DNA of 53,486 bases from a virus (lineage: Duplodnaviria; Caudoviricetes), in IMG/VR virus record IMGVR_UViG_3300025083_000041, positions 1-53,486 of that record; one strand, 5' to 3'. Position numbers and translations under genes: made by a program. Shown here one piece after another: positions 26,736 to 36,189 of the stretch (its first letter is position 1; the number at the start of each line of letters is the position of its first letter). The notes under the pieces were generated by a model that worked only from the letters and a program-made list of their open reading frames with translations, did not search any database and was not told where the DNA came from.

Positions 26736-28331
26736 TTGGAGGAAAAAGTGAAGAAAATCGTTTTGAAAGGTGAAGAGTTAAGGGAGGCTATTGTTAATGC
26801 AGTAAATGAATTGGCAGAGCCTGTCGCTTCTACACTAGGGCCGAAAGGACAAAATGTTCTTCTCAAGAACAAAGGCAAGCCATGCTACGTCACTAAAGAC
26901 GGCGTGACAGTTGCTAGAGAGTTTGGAGGTATTGATCCGGTGACTGATGCCATTGCAGAGATTGTAAAGCAAGCAAGTCACGAAACAAATACAAATGCAG
27001 GAGATGGAACTACAACGTCAACTGTGCTAGCGAGAGCAATCATCAACGAAGCACAGAAGTATATTGTATCCGGTGTATCTCCGATTGAACTTAAAAGAGG
27101 AATGGATAAGACATGCGAACTTCTGATCCAAGGATTAGAAAGTGTTGCTCGTCCTATTCGATCTGTTGAAGACATTCAGCATATTGCACGTATTTCAGCC
27201 AATAATGATAAGATGATTGGTGATCTAGTGGCAAGGGCTGTTGATCTCGCAGGTAAGGATGGTACTGTAATCATCGAAGAAGCAAGATCGAACAAGACTA
27301 GTCTTAATTTGATTGAAGGTTTCAAGATAGATTCAGGCTTTGCAGCAGGTGCTTTCATGACAGATGAGCGACGAGGGGTATGTTATTATGACAATCCTTT
27401 GGTATTAGTCACTGATGAACGCTTAGAGACAGTAGATGAAATGCTCCCTCTCCTAGAACAAGTCGCAAGAGACGGACGTCCACTTGTAATTGTGGCAGAG
27501 GAAATCGAAGGACAGGCACTTGCTGCTCTTATCATGAACGCAATCCGTGGTACAATGCGGATTGTAGCAATCAAAGCACCTCGATACGGAGAAGAGAGAA
27601 AGTCTATCTTACAAGACTTGGCTATTTCTGTTGGTGCAGATTATATCTCTAGAGAAGCAGGTTTACTCATGAGAGATGTAAAGATTGAAAACTTAGGGAC
27701 TAGTAAGTCTATTGAGGTAGGCAAGTCTATCACTACATTCGTAGGAGGTAAAGGTGAAGGAGAAGCAGTCGAAGAAAGGATTGAAATTGTTAAAGCACTC
27801 CTCAGGCAAACAGAAACAGAACACGAAGCGAAAGTATACAACGAGCGTATTACTCGGCTTGCTAGTGGGGTTTCTGTTGTTAGAGTTGGTGGTGCTACAG
27901 ATGTTGAAATGATTGAGACTAAGCATCGCATTGAAGATGCTCTAGAAGCCGTCAGATCGGCTCAGAAAGACGGCATCATTACAGGAGGTGGTACAGCCCT
28001 ACTAACAGCCATATTCGTCTCTGATGGCGATTCTCTAGAGTTTGAGAACGATGATCAAAGGATAGGATCAAACATCCTTATCAAGGCTTGTGAGTCACCA
28101 TTTAGACAATTGTGTATTAACGCAGGGTTATCCGAAGATATTCTGATTCAGCAAGTGACAAGTGTCGAAAATGTTAACTCAGGTTATGACTTCCGTAATC
28201 ATCAGATGTGTGATATGTACGAGTCAGGAATTGTTGATCCAGTTAAAGTAACTAAGACTGCACTGACAAATGCTGTATCTGCAGCATCAACTTTGCTAAA
28301 TACCAATCACGCTATCATTCAAATTGAATAA
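26736..28331 (+). CDS. groEL: chaperonin GroEL
   Basis: TLGPKG; TKDGVTVA; GDGTTT; KAPRYG; GGGTAL; IVDPVKV; no GGM tail. Confidence 0.96.
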   Translation: MEEKVKKIVLKGEELREAIVNAVNELAEPVASTLGPKGQNVLLKNKGKPCYVTKDGVTVAREFGGIDPVTDAIAEIVKQASHETNTNAGDGTTTSTVLARAIINEAQKYIVSGVSPIELKRGMDKTCELLIQGLESVARPIRSVEDIQHIARISANNDKMIGDLVARAVDLAGKDGTVIIEEARSNKTSLNLIEGFKIDSGFAAGAFMTDERRGVCYYDNPLVLVTDERLETVDEMLPLLEQVARDGRPLVIVAEEIEGQALAALIMNAIRGTMRIVAIKAPRYGEERKSILQDLAISVGADYISREAGLLMRDVKIENLGTSKSIEVGKSITTFVGGKGEGEAVEERIEIVKALLRQTETEHEAKVYNERITRLASGVSVVRVGGATDVEMIETKHRIEDALEAVRSAQKDGIITGGGTALLTAIFVSDGDSLEFENDDQRIGSNILIKACESPFRQLCINAGLSEDILIQQVTSVENVNSGYDFRNHQMCDMYESGIVDPVKVTKTALTNAVSAASTLLNTNHAIIQIE

Positions 28332-28372
28332 AACTTGATACTTAAACGTATATAACATATAGGAGTTACGTA

Positions 28373-28672
28373 ATGAAAATAACAATACAGAAAACAATGT
28401 ATCTAGATGAAGTTCCTGAAGAAATTGATGGCGAGTTTGTAACAATATCAAATCGCCTGATTGGTGCGCGAGCATTACTTAATGACGCATCTCGAAATGC
28501 AGAAGAAGGTAGATATATCGACGCATCAGAAGATATTGAGAGAATAAGAGAGATCCTAACAATACTAGACAAAAATCTAGAAGAGCAACAATCTCTCTGT
28601 CTCTCGTACGAGAAGATACGCATTTCATCTCAGTACGATATCCCTCCACAAGAGGATACTGATGTACAATAG
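28373..28672 (+). CDS. hypothetical protein
   Basis: Promoter at 28325 and AGGAG RBS. Confidence 0.7.
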   Translation: MKITIQKTMYLDEVPEEIDGEFVTISNRLIGARALLNDASRNAEEGRYIDASEDIERIREILTILDKNLEEQQSLCLSYEKIRISSQYDIPPQEDTDVQ

Positions 28673-28925
28673 TACTATTATTCCGGGCGACTTAGTGTCA
28701 ATCAAGCAGTCTTCATGGTATACGAATGTTAACACTTGGACTTTAGAATTGACAAAGAAATGTCTTAGAGGAGTATTCCTAGGGAGACTAAAAGAAGAAA
28801 ACAAGTCTTTTCACGATTATCCCAACCCTGTCAGAGTAGTCATCAATGGCTGTGAAGAAATTGTGGTAGACTTAAGCAAAATTAACTATTATAATAAAAG
28901 GAGAAGTTATGAAAAAATTAATTGA
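28662..28925 (+). CDS. small KOW/SH3-like protein
   Basis: IIPGDLVSIK. Confidence 0.55.
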   Translation: MYNSTIIPGDLVSIKQSSWYTNVNTWTLELTKKCLRGVFLGRLKEENKSFHDYPNPVRVVINGCEEIVVDLSKINYYNKRRSYEKIN

Positions 28926-29193
28926 GGTGATGCAGAATTCTGTTACCACAAAGACGTATTCACTGAGAGAGGTATTTGTAAATCCGGATTTTGTAGTGTC
29001 ATTAGTACCCGATACCAACACTAAGAGATTGCTCTCAGAGGGACGTCTGCCTGATGGTATTCACACTGGTGCAGAGTTCACTAGGATAGCAATCCACAAA
29101 GGTGCCAGTGGGCAAGAGATGGTAGTTGTAGGTTCAGTGCGTGACATTAGGAAAAAATTGTATAGTACTGCGACTAGTATTCTTAAGGGGTAA
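28909..29193 (+). CDS. hypothetical protein
   Basis: AGGAG RBS; coupled to neighbours. Confidence 0.7.
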   Translation: MKKLIEVMQNSVTTKTYSLREVFVNPDFVVSLVPDTNTKRLLSEGRLPDGIHTGAEFTRIAIHKGASGQEMVVVGSVRDIRKKLYSTATSILKG

Positions 29194-29196
29194 AAC

Positions 29197-29466
29197 GTGA
29201 TGCTAGATTATTACAAGATATATGCAAAAGTTAAATGTCCTTTCTGTGTAGACGCTATAAATAAAATGAATGAACATGGCTTTGATCATGCGCTGATCTT
29301 GATAGATAAGTCTCCTGATTATTTCGAGTCAATCAAAAAGGTATATGATCATAGCACTGTTCCAATTATAGTGAAAGTCTCAAAGATTAATGGTAAACAA
29401 GAGTTTATTGGAGGGTTTGACGACTTTATAAAGTTTTTAATAGAGGAGGGTTACGAAAAGTGTTAG
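29197..29466 (+). CDS. glutaredoxin
   Basis: CPFC; TVP; FIGGFDD. Confidence 0.9.
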   Translation: MMLDYYKIYAKVKCPFCVDAINKMNEHGFDHALILIDKSPDYFESIKKVYDHSTVPIIVKVSKINGKQEFIGGFDDFIKFLIEEGYEKC

Positions 29467-29897
29467 ATTATAAATATGAATTCTCAGATTATTATCGATG
29501 GATTCAGAAAGTATGCAGATATGCACACATGGAGTACGATGCCGAGGTTGAGTTGTTAGCAGAAGACAATGCTTTTATCTACCACTATGGCAACAAGAAG
29601 ATTGAAGTCAGTGGGCGAACACCTCCAAGAGATAAGTTGTACATACTTCTTCACGAGGTTGGACATGTATCTAGGATGATGGAGAATGAAGAAGACTCAA
29701 CCTTTTTCATGAACCACTCAGGTAATAAGAACATTAAAGAGAAAACCATGATTCTTATGGAAGAAGTTCTTGCTTGGCACAAAGCAGAAGAAATTGCCAA
29801 TAGAATGGAGATTCCAATAGAAAAAAGGGCTTGGCAGAGACTAGTTAACAAGACAACGCAGAAATACGTTGAATGGATCAATAAACAGGAGAAATAA
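29460..29897 (+). CDS. HExxH metallopeptidase-like protein (ImmA/IrrE-like)
   Basis: LLHEVGH...EEVLAW. Confidence 0.7.
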   Translation: MLDYKYEFSDYYRWIQKVCRYAHMEYDAEVELLAEDNAFIYHYGNKKIEVSGRTPPRDKLYILLHEVGHVSRMMENEEDSTFFMNHSGNKNIKEKTMILMEEVLAWHKAEEIANRMEIPIEKRAWQRLVNKTTQKYVEWINKQEK

Positions 29898-30250
29898 TGA
29901 AAAAAGTAGACAAACCTTGGGGTAGTGAGATTTGGTGGGCACATGTCAAGGGTAAATATATGGGAAAGATTTTGCACATCAAAAAAGGACACAGACTATC
30001 CTTGCAGTACCATATCGACAAAGAAGAAACAATATATGTACTTAAAGGTAGATTAAAATTAACTTACTCTGTGGCTAGAGATGGAGAATTAAAACAGTGT
30101 TTCGTGGAAGAAGGAGAGTCTTATCACGTATACCCGATGACAGTACACAGGTTTGAGGCAGTATCTGAAGACGTGACTCTGCTAGAAGTCAGTACTGATT
30201 ATCCTGAAGATGTTGTTAGGATAGAAGATGATTATAGGAGAGCAGAATGA
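29897..30250 (+). CDS. cupin, mannose-6-phosphate isomerase type II-like
   Basis: KPWG; LSLQYH..KEET; HRF; EVST...DVVRIEDDY. Confidence 0.85.
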   Translation: MKKVDKPWGSEIWWAHVKGKYMGKILHIKKGHRLSLQYHIDKEETIYVLKGRLKLTYSVARDGELKQCFVEEGESYHVYPMTVHRFEAVSEDVTLLEVSTDYPEDVVRIEDDYRRAE

Positions 30251-31431
30251 TACTAGCATTAATGGCAAACTTGGCTTTAGCCGAATTGAATGTTCCGGAA
30301 ACTTCATACACAGGAGCGTCGATCTTAGAAGGTGACTTAGATGTCACCTTTAACGTCGCAACTGATTTGGATAATAATCCCAGTCCGGACAACTATGCTT
30401 TCTTTGAAGGCAATACACTTTATCTGGGAACGGCAGATCAGTATGGGAACTCTATTGATGGCATCATCGAGTTCTTTTGGTTCCAGTCTTCCATAGACAG
30501 AGGATCTGACTTCTATGTTGCAGTAGTAAAAGTACGTGCAACGCCGGGCAATGATTGCCCTTGGTATCTATTTGGATCTGATTGTGAGTTGTGGGCTGAT
30601 GACTGGGCAGACTGGGGTGAATATCCTGTCGTGACTGTCGAGGCTATCACAGACGTATCTAGAGAACAAGGTGCTTTCCGTTGGGATTGGGCTGTTCCGT
30701 TTGAGAACTATGGTATCGACGCATACGGACAAATGAGTTTCTCCAATCAATATGGTATTGGAGCAGAGTCCTCAGCAGGAGCAGAAGGTTCCGCTATGTC
30801 CGCAGTATCTATCCCAGAGGGGACAAACATTAATGGTGTACCAGTTCAAGGTGGCGCCAATGTAGAATCTAGTGTTCAAGCAAAGGGTTTTATGAACTCT
30901 GAATACAGGGTACAGACACAATACGAAGTAACTTTGTTCGAGTGGGATGTGTATGTGAGTGGTAGAGCAGATCTAATGGCTTGGGATACGTATCTTAATC
31001 TTGGAGAGCGAGCAAACCAGTCAGCATATTATGAATACTTTCTCCCCATTCAAGTTGAAACTGGAGAGACTTTTATGTTGGATGAGTTCAATTTTGTATC
31101 TCATTTTGACATAGGAAACATAAATCCTTTTGCTCATGAGGTAGGATTGTCGTTAAAAGGGGTAGAGATTGGAGTCCCTTATTGGGAGCCTGAAGATAAT
31201 GTCTCTGAGCCTTCTGAGGAGCCAATTGTAGAGCCTTCTGAAGAGTCGATAGAGGAAGACACCGGAGAAATCTTAGAAGACACTGGAGAGCCGTATATAG
31301 ATCCTAATGAGGATACACTGGATAGCAATGAACTATCTGAACCAGTTAAGTCTTGTAGTTCAAGCCCATCCCCATCTGGAATAGTACTGTCGTTCTTGAC
31401 TTTGGTATTACTGGGTTGGAGGAAGAGATGA
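30247..31431 (+). CDS. secreted surface protein with MYXO-CTERM-like anchor
   Basis: Signal peptide; EPSEEP/EDTG linker; SCSSS...hydrophobic helix...WRKR. Confidence 0.7.
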   Translation: MILALMANLALAELNVPETSYTGASILEGDLDVTFNVATDLDNNPSPDNYAFFEGNTLYLGTADQYGNSIDGIIEFFWFQSSIDRGSDFYVAVVKVRATPGNDCPWYLFGSDCELWADDWADWGEYPVVTVEAITDVSREQGAFRWDWAVPFENYGIDAYGQMSFSNQYGIGAESSAGAEGSAMSAVSIPEGTNINGVPVQGGANVESSVQAKGFMNSEYRVQTQYEVTLFEWDVYVSGRADLMAWDTYLNLGERANQSAYYEYFLPIQVETGETFMLDEFNFVSHFDIGNINPFAHEVGLSLKGVEIGVPYWEPEDNVSEPSEEPIVEPSEESIEEDTGEILEDTGEPYIDPNEDTLDSNELSEPVKSCSSSPSPSGIVLSFLTLVLLGWRKR

Positions 31432-31628
31432 TGATCAACTGGCAATCAGAAGAAAGATTAAAAAAAGTCTTATATTGGAGAATGTGTTCTATTACCATAA
31501 CTCTGCTGACGACATGGGCTTTCACTGGATCTATCAAAGAAGCGACACATTTCACAATTATGTTGCACATGCTATTAATAGTTTCTCACTATGTATTCGA
31601 AACTTTGTGGGATAGGAGAGACAAGTGA
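31428..31628 (+). CDS. DUF2061-like membrane protein
   Basis: KVLYWR...TGS...HYVFETLW. Confidence 0.7.
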   Translation: MMINWQSEERLKKVLYWRMCSITITLLTTWAFTGSIKEATHFTIMLHMLLIVSHYVFETLWDRRDK

Positions 31629-32209
31629 TTACAGCAATGGGCGATGTGATGCGAGAAGCACACAAGAGAGGATGGATTACTACTAGAGATGGTAACTGTT
31701 CATTGAGAAGGGCAGGAGCAGGGATACTCTATATCACTCCATCGGCAGTGAGAAAGACTACGATCATACCTGAGACAGTCGTAAGGATACCAATCTTTGA
31801 AAATAAATTGGTGTTAGATGGGCTGAACCCTAGTGGAGAACTTGAAATGCACTGGAAGTTGCAACAGAAGTTTAGGCACAGAACTAAATCTGTACTTCAT
31901 CTCCATCCTACCTACACCATCGCTGCAATGAGGGCAGGGTGGAACTTAAGAGAACTAGCAGAAGAGTTTCCAGAGGTGCATAGATACACAAAGGTTGGAA
32001 ATAATGTACCAGTACTTCCTGCCATATCACAAGAATTGGCATCTGAAACTTTTTACAAAATGTCAGTTCCGTACAATGTCGATATAGTTGGGCAAGCACA
32101 ACATGGTGTTTGTGCTATGGGTAGCAATCCTTGGGATGCTTTTGAGCACATTGAAAGACTAGAGCACATATGCCAGATCGCCCTAGCATCCGGGGTTAAA
32201 CCAGAATGA
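31625..32209 (+). CDS. class II aldolase/adducin family protein
   Basis: DGNCS; ITPS; PSGE..MH; HLHP; HGV. Confidence 0.88.
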   Translation: MITAMGDVMREAHKRGWITTRDGNCSLRRAGAGILYITPSAVRKTTIIPETVVRIPIFENKLVLDGLNPSGELEMHWKLQQKFRHRTKSVLHLHPTYTIAAMRAGWNLRELAEEFPEVHRYTKVGNNVPVLPAISQELASETFYKMSVPYNVDIVGQAQHGVCAMGSNPWDAFEHIERLEHICQIALASGVKPE

Positions 32210-32241
32210 CTGCAAAACTTCTTTTGCAAATACAAGATTAC

Positions 32242-32334
32242 GCTCAGTTAAAGGTGAAAGGCTCAATGTAGGGCAGGCACTCTATTTTAAAGATAAGCAT
32301 TGAGAATTGTGGGGTTCAAGTCCCCACCTGAGCA
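32242..32334 (+). ncRNA. tRNA-like RNA with aberrant D and anticodon arms
   Basis: GCTCAG/CTGAGC acceptor-like stem; T-arm GTGGGG-TTCAAGT-CCCCAC; CTCAATG/CATTGAG stem enclosing 29 nt. Confidence 0.6.
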
Positions 32335-32492
32335 CTTTGGTTTAAATTAATTGACACAACTCAAGTATGGCTTGATTTCTGAAGATAATAATAAACTATT
32401 GAATAAATTAATTTCCTCAAACGTATAGAATATGTAAAGGTTGCTGTTATTAAACGATCAACCTATTTAGGAAGAAAAGGAGAACATTCAAT

Positions 32493-32948
32493 ATGAACAA
32501 ACGTAAATGGTATAATTATGTATTTGAGACACAGGACGATGCGTATTACCAAAAGTTATACAAAGTGCCTGTTCGCTTTAAAGTTAAGAAACTTATGGGT
32601 GGAAACAAATCAGAGACAGAAGATGATTTTCGTGCAGTGGTGGCAGTAACCTCATTATCTCTACCTAGGGATAGAAAGTCTGATGGTGAGAATTGGTATA
32701 TGACTTATGATATTAAGTTTGATTTACCTAAATCGTCAACCGATGTTGGGATCTTTGTCCGTAACGAGTTAATTCCTGAACTTAACGCAGTTAGAGGAGT
32801 AGAAATACTTTCGTACGGAGAATCATTTCAAGTGTACGATGCCCAAGACAGTGGAGTCGGTGATCCAAGCAAGGATAGATCAAAAGTATTTGGCGGAGAT
32901 AAAAGAAAAGACTCCAAGAAAGACGATGACATAACCGGAGAGGAATAA
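32493..32948 (+). CDS. hypothetical protein
   Basis: AAGGAG RBS; promoter at 32400; CCTATTTA at 32462. Confidence 0.7.
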   Translation: MNKRKWYNYVFETQDDAYYQKLYKVPVRFKVKKLMGGNKSETEDDFRAVVAVTSLSLPRDRKSDGENWYMTYDIKFDLPKSSTDVGIFVRNELIPELNAVRGVEILSYGESFQVYDAQDSGVGDPSKDRSKVFGGDKRKDSKKDDDITGEE

Positions 32949-32952
32949 TAAT

Positions 32953-33309
32953 ATGATGGAAGAGTCCAAAGATGACGGCTTAGATAGTTTAAAACCTAAG
33001 CCACCACCTAAACTTGCGCCTAGAGGTATCAGAACTTTTACGGTTTGTAGGAACTTTGATGAGAGTGGAGTATCAGGCGAGGGTGTTGTTATAGAGGGCG
33101 TGGTAATGGCAACAGGACAATGCGTGTTGCATTGGTTGTACCCACCACCAAGAGGAGGTATATCAATCTTTGATAGTCTAGACGACTTTCTTAAGGTGCA
33201 TGTATTGCCACACCCTACTAACAAAACTATATTGACATTTGAAGATGGCGAACAACATAAATATGGAAAAGGATGGAACGATGAAGAAGATAATAAGATT
33301 GAAAAGTAG
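32953..33309 (+). CDS. hypothetical phage protein
   Basis: DESGVSGEGVVIEGV motif; GGAGAGG RBS. Confidence 0.7.
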   Translation: MMEESKDDGLDSLKPKPPPKLAPRGIRTFTVCRNFDESGVSGEGVVIEGVVMATGQCVLHWLYPPPRGGISIFDSLDDFLKVHVLPHPTNKTILTFEDGEQHKYGKGWNDEEDNKIEK

Positions 33310-34042
33310 TTGGAAAAACTTAGTTGTATTTGACTTTGATAAGACACTTGCAGATACAGATGAGTGCGTCCTTGTCAGAGATAATGATTCCAATAGGATT
33401 GTCGATCACCTATCATCCGAGACTGAATTAAACAATTACATTCTTGATGCTAGCACTCATCACTACGACTTTAGCGAGTTCAATTCGGTATCCGATTTAG
33501 CAGAGCCAATCTCAGAAACAATTGAATTGATGAAAAGGTTTACCCTAGAGAAAGATACTAAAGTCATAGTACTTACTGCAAGACAGAATGATTCTGTGCA
33601 TGCTATATCTAATTTTTTATCTCAACAGGGAGTCGATACTCAAAAGGTTTGGGCATACGGAACTTCCGGTGCAGTCCTTAAGGTAGGACATTTGCAAAAC
33701 TTTCTAAATAGGTTCAACATCAGTGAAAGTGTACTTATATTTGAAGATAGTATAGAAAACATTAAAAGATATATCACCCTAGAATATGAAAATCCTAATT
33801 TGTCATTTGACTACGTTCAAGTGATGCCAAAAAAATTAACTGATGAAGAATTATCTGAAGTCACGAAACACAAGTATCCAACTGGAGAAACAGGGACTGA
33901 GCCTTACCAAAGGATGTTAAAAAAGATACACCCTGCTATGAAAAGGAGGCTAATTGGACTTGGAGGTAATAATTACTCTACTAGTGGAGTTAAAAAGGTA
34001 AAAGATTTTAAGAGATCAAAATCCGCACCACCATCGGGATAA
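33281..34042 (+). CDS. HAD-family phosphatase-like protein
   Basis: VFDFDKTL; LTAR; FEDS. Confidence 0.75.
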   Translation: MKKIIRLKSSWKNLVVFDFDKTLADTDECVLVRDNDSNRIVDHLSSETELNNYILDASTHHYDFSEFNSVSDLAEPISETIELMKRFTLEKDTKVIVLTARQNDSVHAISNFLSQQGVDTQKVWAYGTSGAVLKVGHLQNFLNRFNISESVLIFEDSIENIKRYITLEYENPNLSFDYVQVMPKKLTDEELSEVTKHKYPTGETGTEPYQRMLKKIHPAMKRRLIGLGGNNYSTSGVKKVKDFKRSKSAPPSG

Positions 34043-34052
34043 AGGAGGAAGG

Positions 34053-34868
34053 ATGGGTAACAATAAAAAAACAGTTAAGTGTAGTTTCTGTGGCAGACTT
34101 GGGCACAATAGAGTTTCTTGCCCTAAACTAAAAGAATTGATCGAGAAAGAGAGAGAAGAGCATGGCTCTGATCATCCCGATGTGAGGTTGTATGACAAAA
34201 TGTCCAAAGGATATAGCAAGAAATCCTCAGACAATGCCAATAAAACTAGACATTGCAGTTATTGTTTTCAGCCCAACCATAACGTGCGATCTTGCAAAAT
34301 AAGATCCAAAGACATATCTAAATTAAAAAAGAGAAATACTGCTTGGAGAAATGCTATAATTTCCCACTTCAAAGAGAGGGGAATAGGTTTAGGGTGTATA
34401 ATGACTGGTAAGTATTCAAAGAGGTATGGTTCTAGAGTGTATAACAAAGGCGATAAATGGATTTTAACAGGCATTGAATGGGATTTGATTACGTTTGACA
34501 AAAAAGACTCAGCAGAGTTGGTATTTAAGTTAGTTAACCTAGAGAATTCTTCTGTCAGTACTGTAATAACTCTATCTAGGATTACTTCTTTGGTTGGAGA
34601 CTCCTCAGGAGATTACCATTGGGATGTTATATCACCCAGTACTACGCTTAATTACCCTGAAGGCTGGGACACTGTTAGTGATGTAGAATATGACAAGCAT
34701 TTAGTTAGTCTGTTCAAAGGAATGGGCAAGAGACAATACGAAGATATGATTTCATTTTCATATGACAGTGCACCACACGTAATACTTAAGGATATTGAGG
34801 AAATGCTACTAGAGGCACAGTCAGTATGCTTGGCTCACAGTAAGTGGCATATACCATCGGAGACTTGA
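34053..34868 (+). CDS. double zinc-knuckle (CCHC) protein
   Basis: CSFCGRLGHNRVSC and CSYCFQPNHNVRSC; paralog of 48570. Confidence 0.75.
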   Translation: MGNNKKTVKCSFCGRLGHNRVSCPKLKELIEKEREEHGSDHPDVRLYDKMSKGYSKKSSDNANKTRHCSYCFQPNHNVRSCKIRSKDISKLKKRNTAWRNAIISHFKERGIGLGCIMTGKYSKRYGSRVYNKGDKWILTGIEWDLITFDKKDSAELVFKLVNLENSSVSTVITLSRITSLVGDSSGDYHWDVISPSTTLNYPEGWDTVSDVEYDKHLVSLFKGMGKRQYEDMISFSYDSAPHVILKDIEEMLLEAQSVCLAHSKWHIPSET

Positions 34869-35230
34869 TGAACAAGAGGTTCACTAAATTGACAGATGGT
34901 AACGTTGGCTACTTATACGACAATGGGTATCTGTGTAAGGGCACGTTAGTAAAATATAGATACCTCAATAGGACAATGGTGGCTTACAGTTTAGATGATA
35001 GGGACAACCATTGGAACATAGGTATTATATCGCATGTGCAGGCAATATCTTTCATGAGAGGTAATGGTGTTTGGCAAATTAAGGTTGATGAAAATGGAAT
35101 TGAAGAGCATATAGAGTTTGTATATGATATAAGTGTACACACATCTGAGTCCAGTGTCCCCCTTGAGACGGTATCGACAGAAAGCCATGAAATATATTTG
35201 GCTAATAGTATGAATAAAGCAAAGGCTTGA
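34844..35230 (+). CDS. hypothetical protein
   Basis: ORF ending inside the promoter at 35211; start uncertain. Confidence 0.55.
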   Translation: MAYTIGDLMNKRFTKLTDGNVGYLYDNGYLCKGTLVKYRYLNRTMVAYSLDDRDNHWNIGIISHVQAISFMRGNGVWQIKVDENGIEEHIEFVYDISVHTSESSVPLETVSTESHEIYLANSMNKAKA

Positions 35231-35270
35231 AACGTATAGAAACCACAATGCACAACACAAGAGGTTTCTA

Positions 35271-35855
35271 ATGAAAGGGTTTAACGTAAAATACCAACCA
35301 AATTATAATGGTTTCTTTTCAATGATCGAAAACATCGCTGATGAACTGAATGAGCGGAAGAATAGATTTGATAAGTCTGATTTACTTGAGCAATGTTTCG
35401 AACAAATAACTGAGGGACGCATTAAATGGGTAGATGAGAAAGGCTATGATCATATTGATACGGAAGATGGTATTAAGTTTGAAATGAAGAGTCAAAAGTT
35501 CTGCCTGTATACGAAGAAAGGGCATCTCAAAGATAAAACCTCTAAAATTAAATTAACAAACACATTGCAGAACACAGACAATAAGGTGCTAGAGCCAACA
35601 TCAGATTGGCTATTGATTGTAGACACTGGCAGTAAGGACTCATATTCAGTCGCTATCGTATCCTACAAAGATGTGGTGAGTAAGTATTCAAAAGAGTTGA
35701 AAGATGGCTTTGAGTGCCAAATACCAATCTCTGAGTTGGTTTTCTTGAGCGTACCATCTCAAGTATCCTTGTCAAAGGGTGAGCATAAGAGTTACTCTGA
35801 AGAGAAAAGACGATTACAATCAGAATATATTGAAAACTTTTTGAATAAAATCTAA
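35271..35855 (+). CDS. PD-(D/E)xK nuclease-like protein
   Basis: LE...GYDH...FEMKS. Confidence 0.55.
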   Translation: MKGFNVKYQPNYNGFFSMIENIADELNERKNRFDKSDLLEQCFEQITEGRIKWVDEKGYDHIDTEDGIKFEMKSQKFCLYTKKGHLKDKTSKIKLTNTLQNTDNKVLEPTSDWLLIVDTGSKDSYSVAIVSYKDVVSKYSKELKDGFECQIPISELVFLSVPSQVSLSKGEHKSYSEEKRRLQSEYIENFLNKI

Positions 35856-35891
35856 ACAATGAACGTATAGAATATGAACAAGGGAGAAACA

Positions 35892-36131
35892 ATGAAAGAT
35901 AAAGAACTGAAACCATTTGATAAACTGGTGAAAGAGATACATGAAAGCAGAGAACTTTACTTACTTAGAGAGTCCTTTACTATGATAATAGATATGCTAT
36001 TGAAAGAAGACGAGAAAGTAAATATAATGCCAAGTGGTACGCTTAAAGATGAGTTTTTGAAAATACAAGAAAGTGCTTGGACTGCCTTGCTTAGAGACAA
36101 AGATTTTCAGAAGATTACGACAGAAGAATAA
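35892..36131 (+). CDS. hypothetical protein
   Basis: Promoter at 35842; AGGGAG RBS. Confidence 0.7.
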   Translation: MKDKELKPFDKLVKEIHESRELYLLRESFTMIIDMLLKEDEKVNIMPSGTLKDEFLKIQESAWTALLRDKDFQKITTEE

Positions 36132-36189
36132 AAAGATTTGAATAAAACTTAAACATCAATCGTATAGAAGATACACAACAACACAGGGA

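Noticed and set aside
32242-32334. Canonical tRNA or tmRNA
   Set aside because: There is no 7-nt anticodon loop or D stem. It is too short for tmRNA and has no tag ORF or G3-U70 pair.
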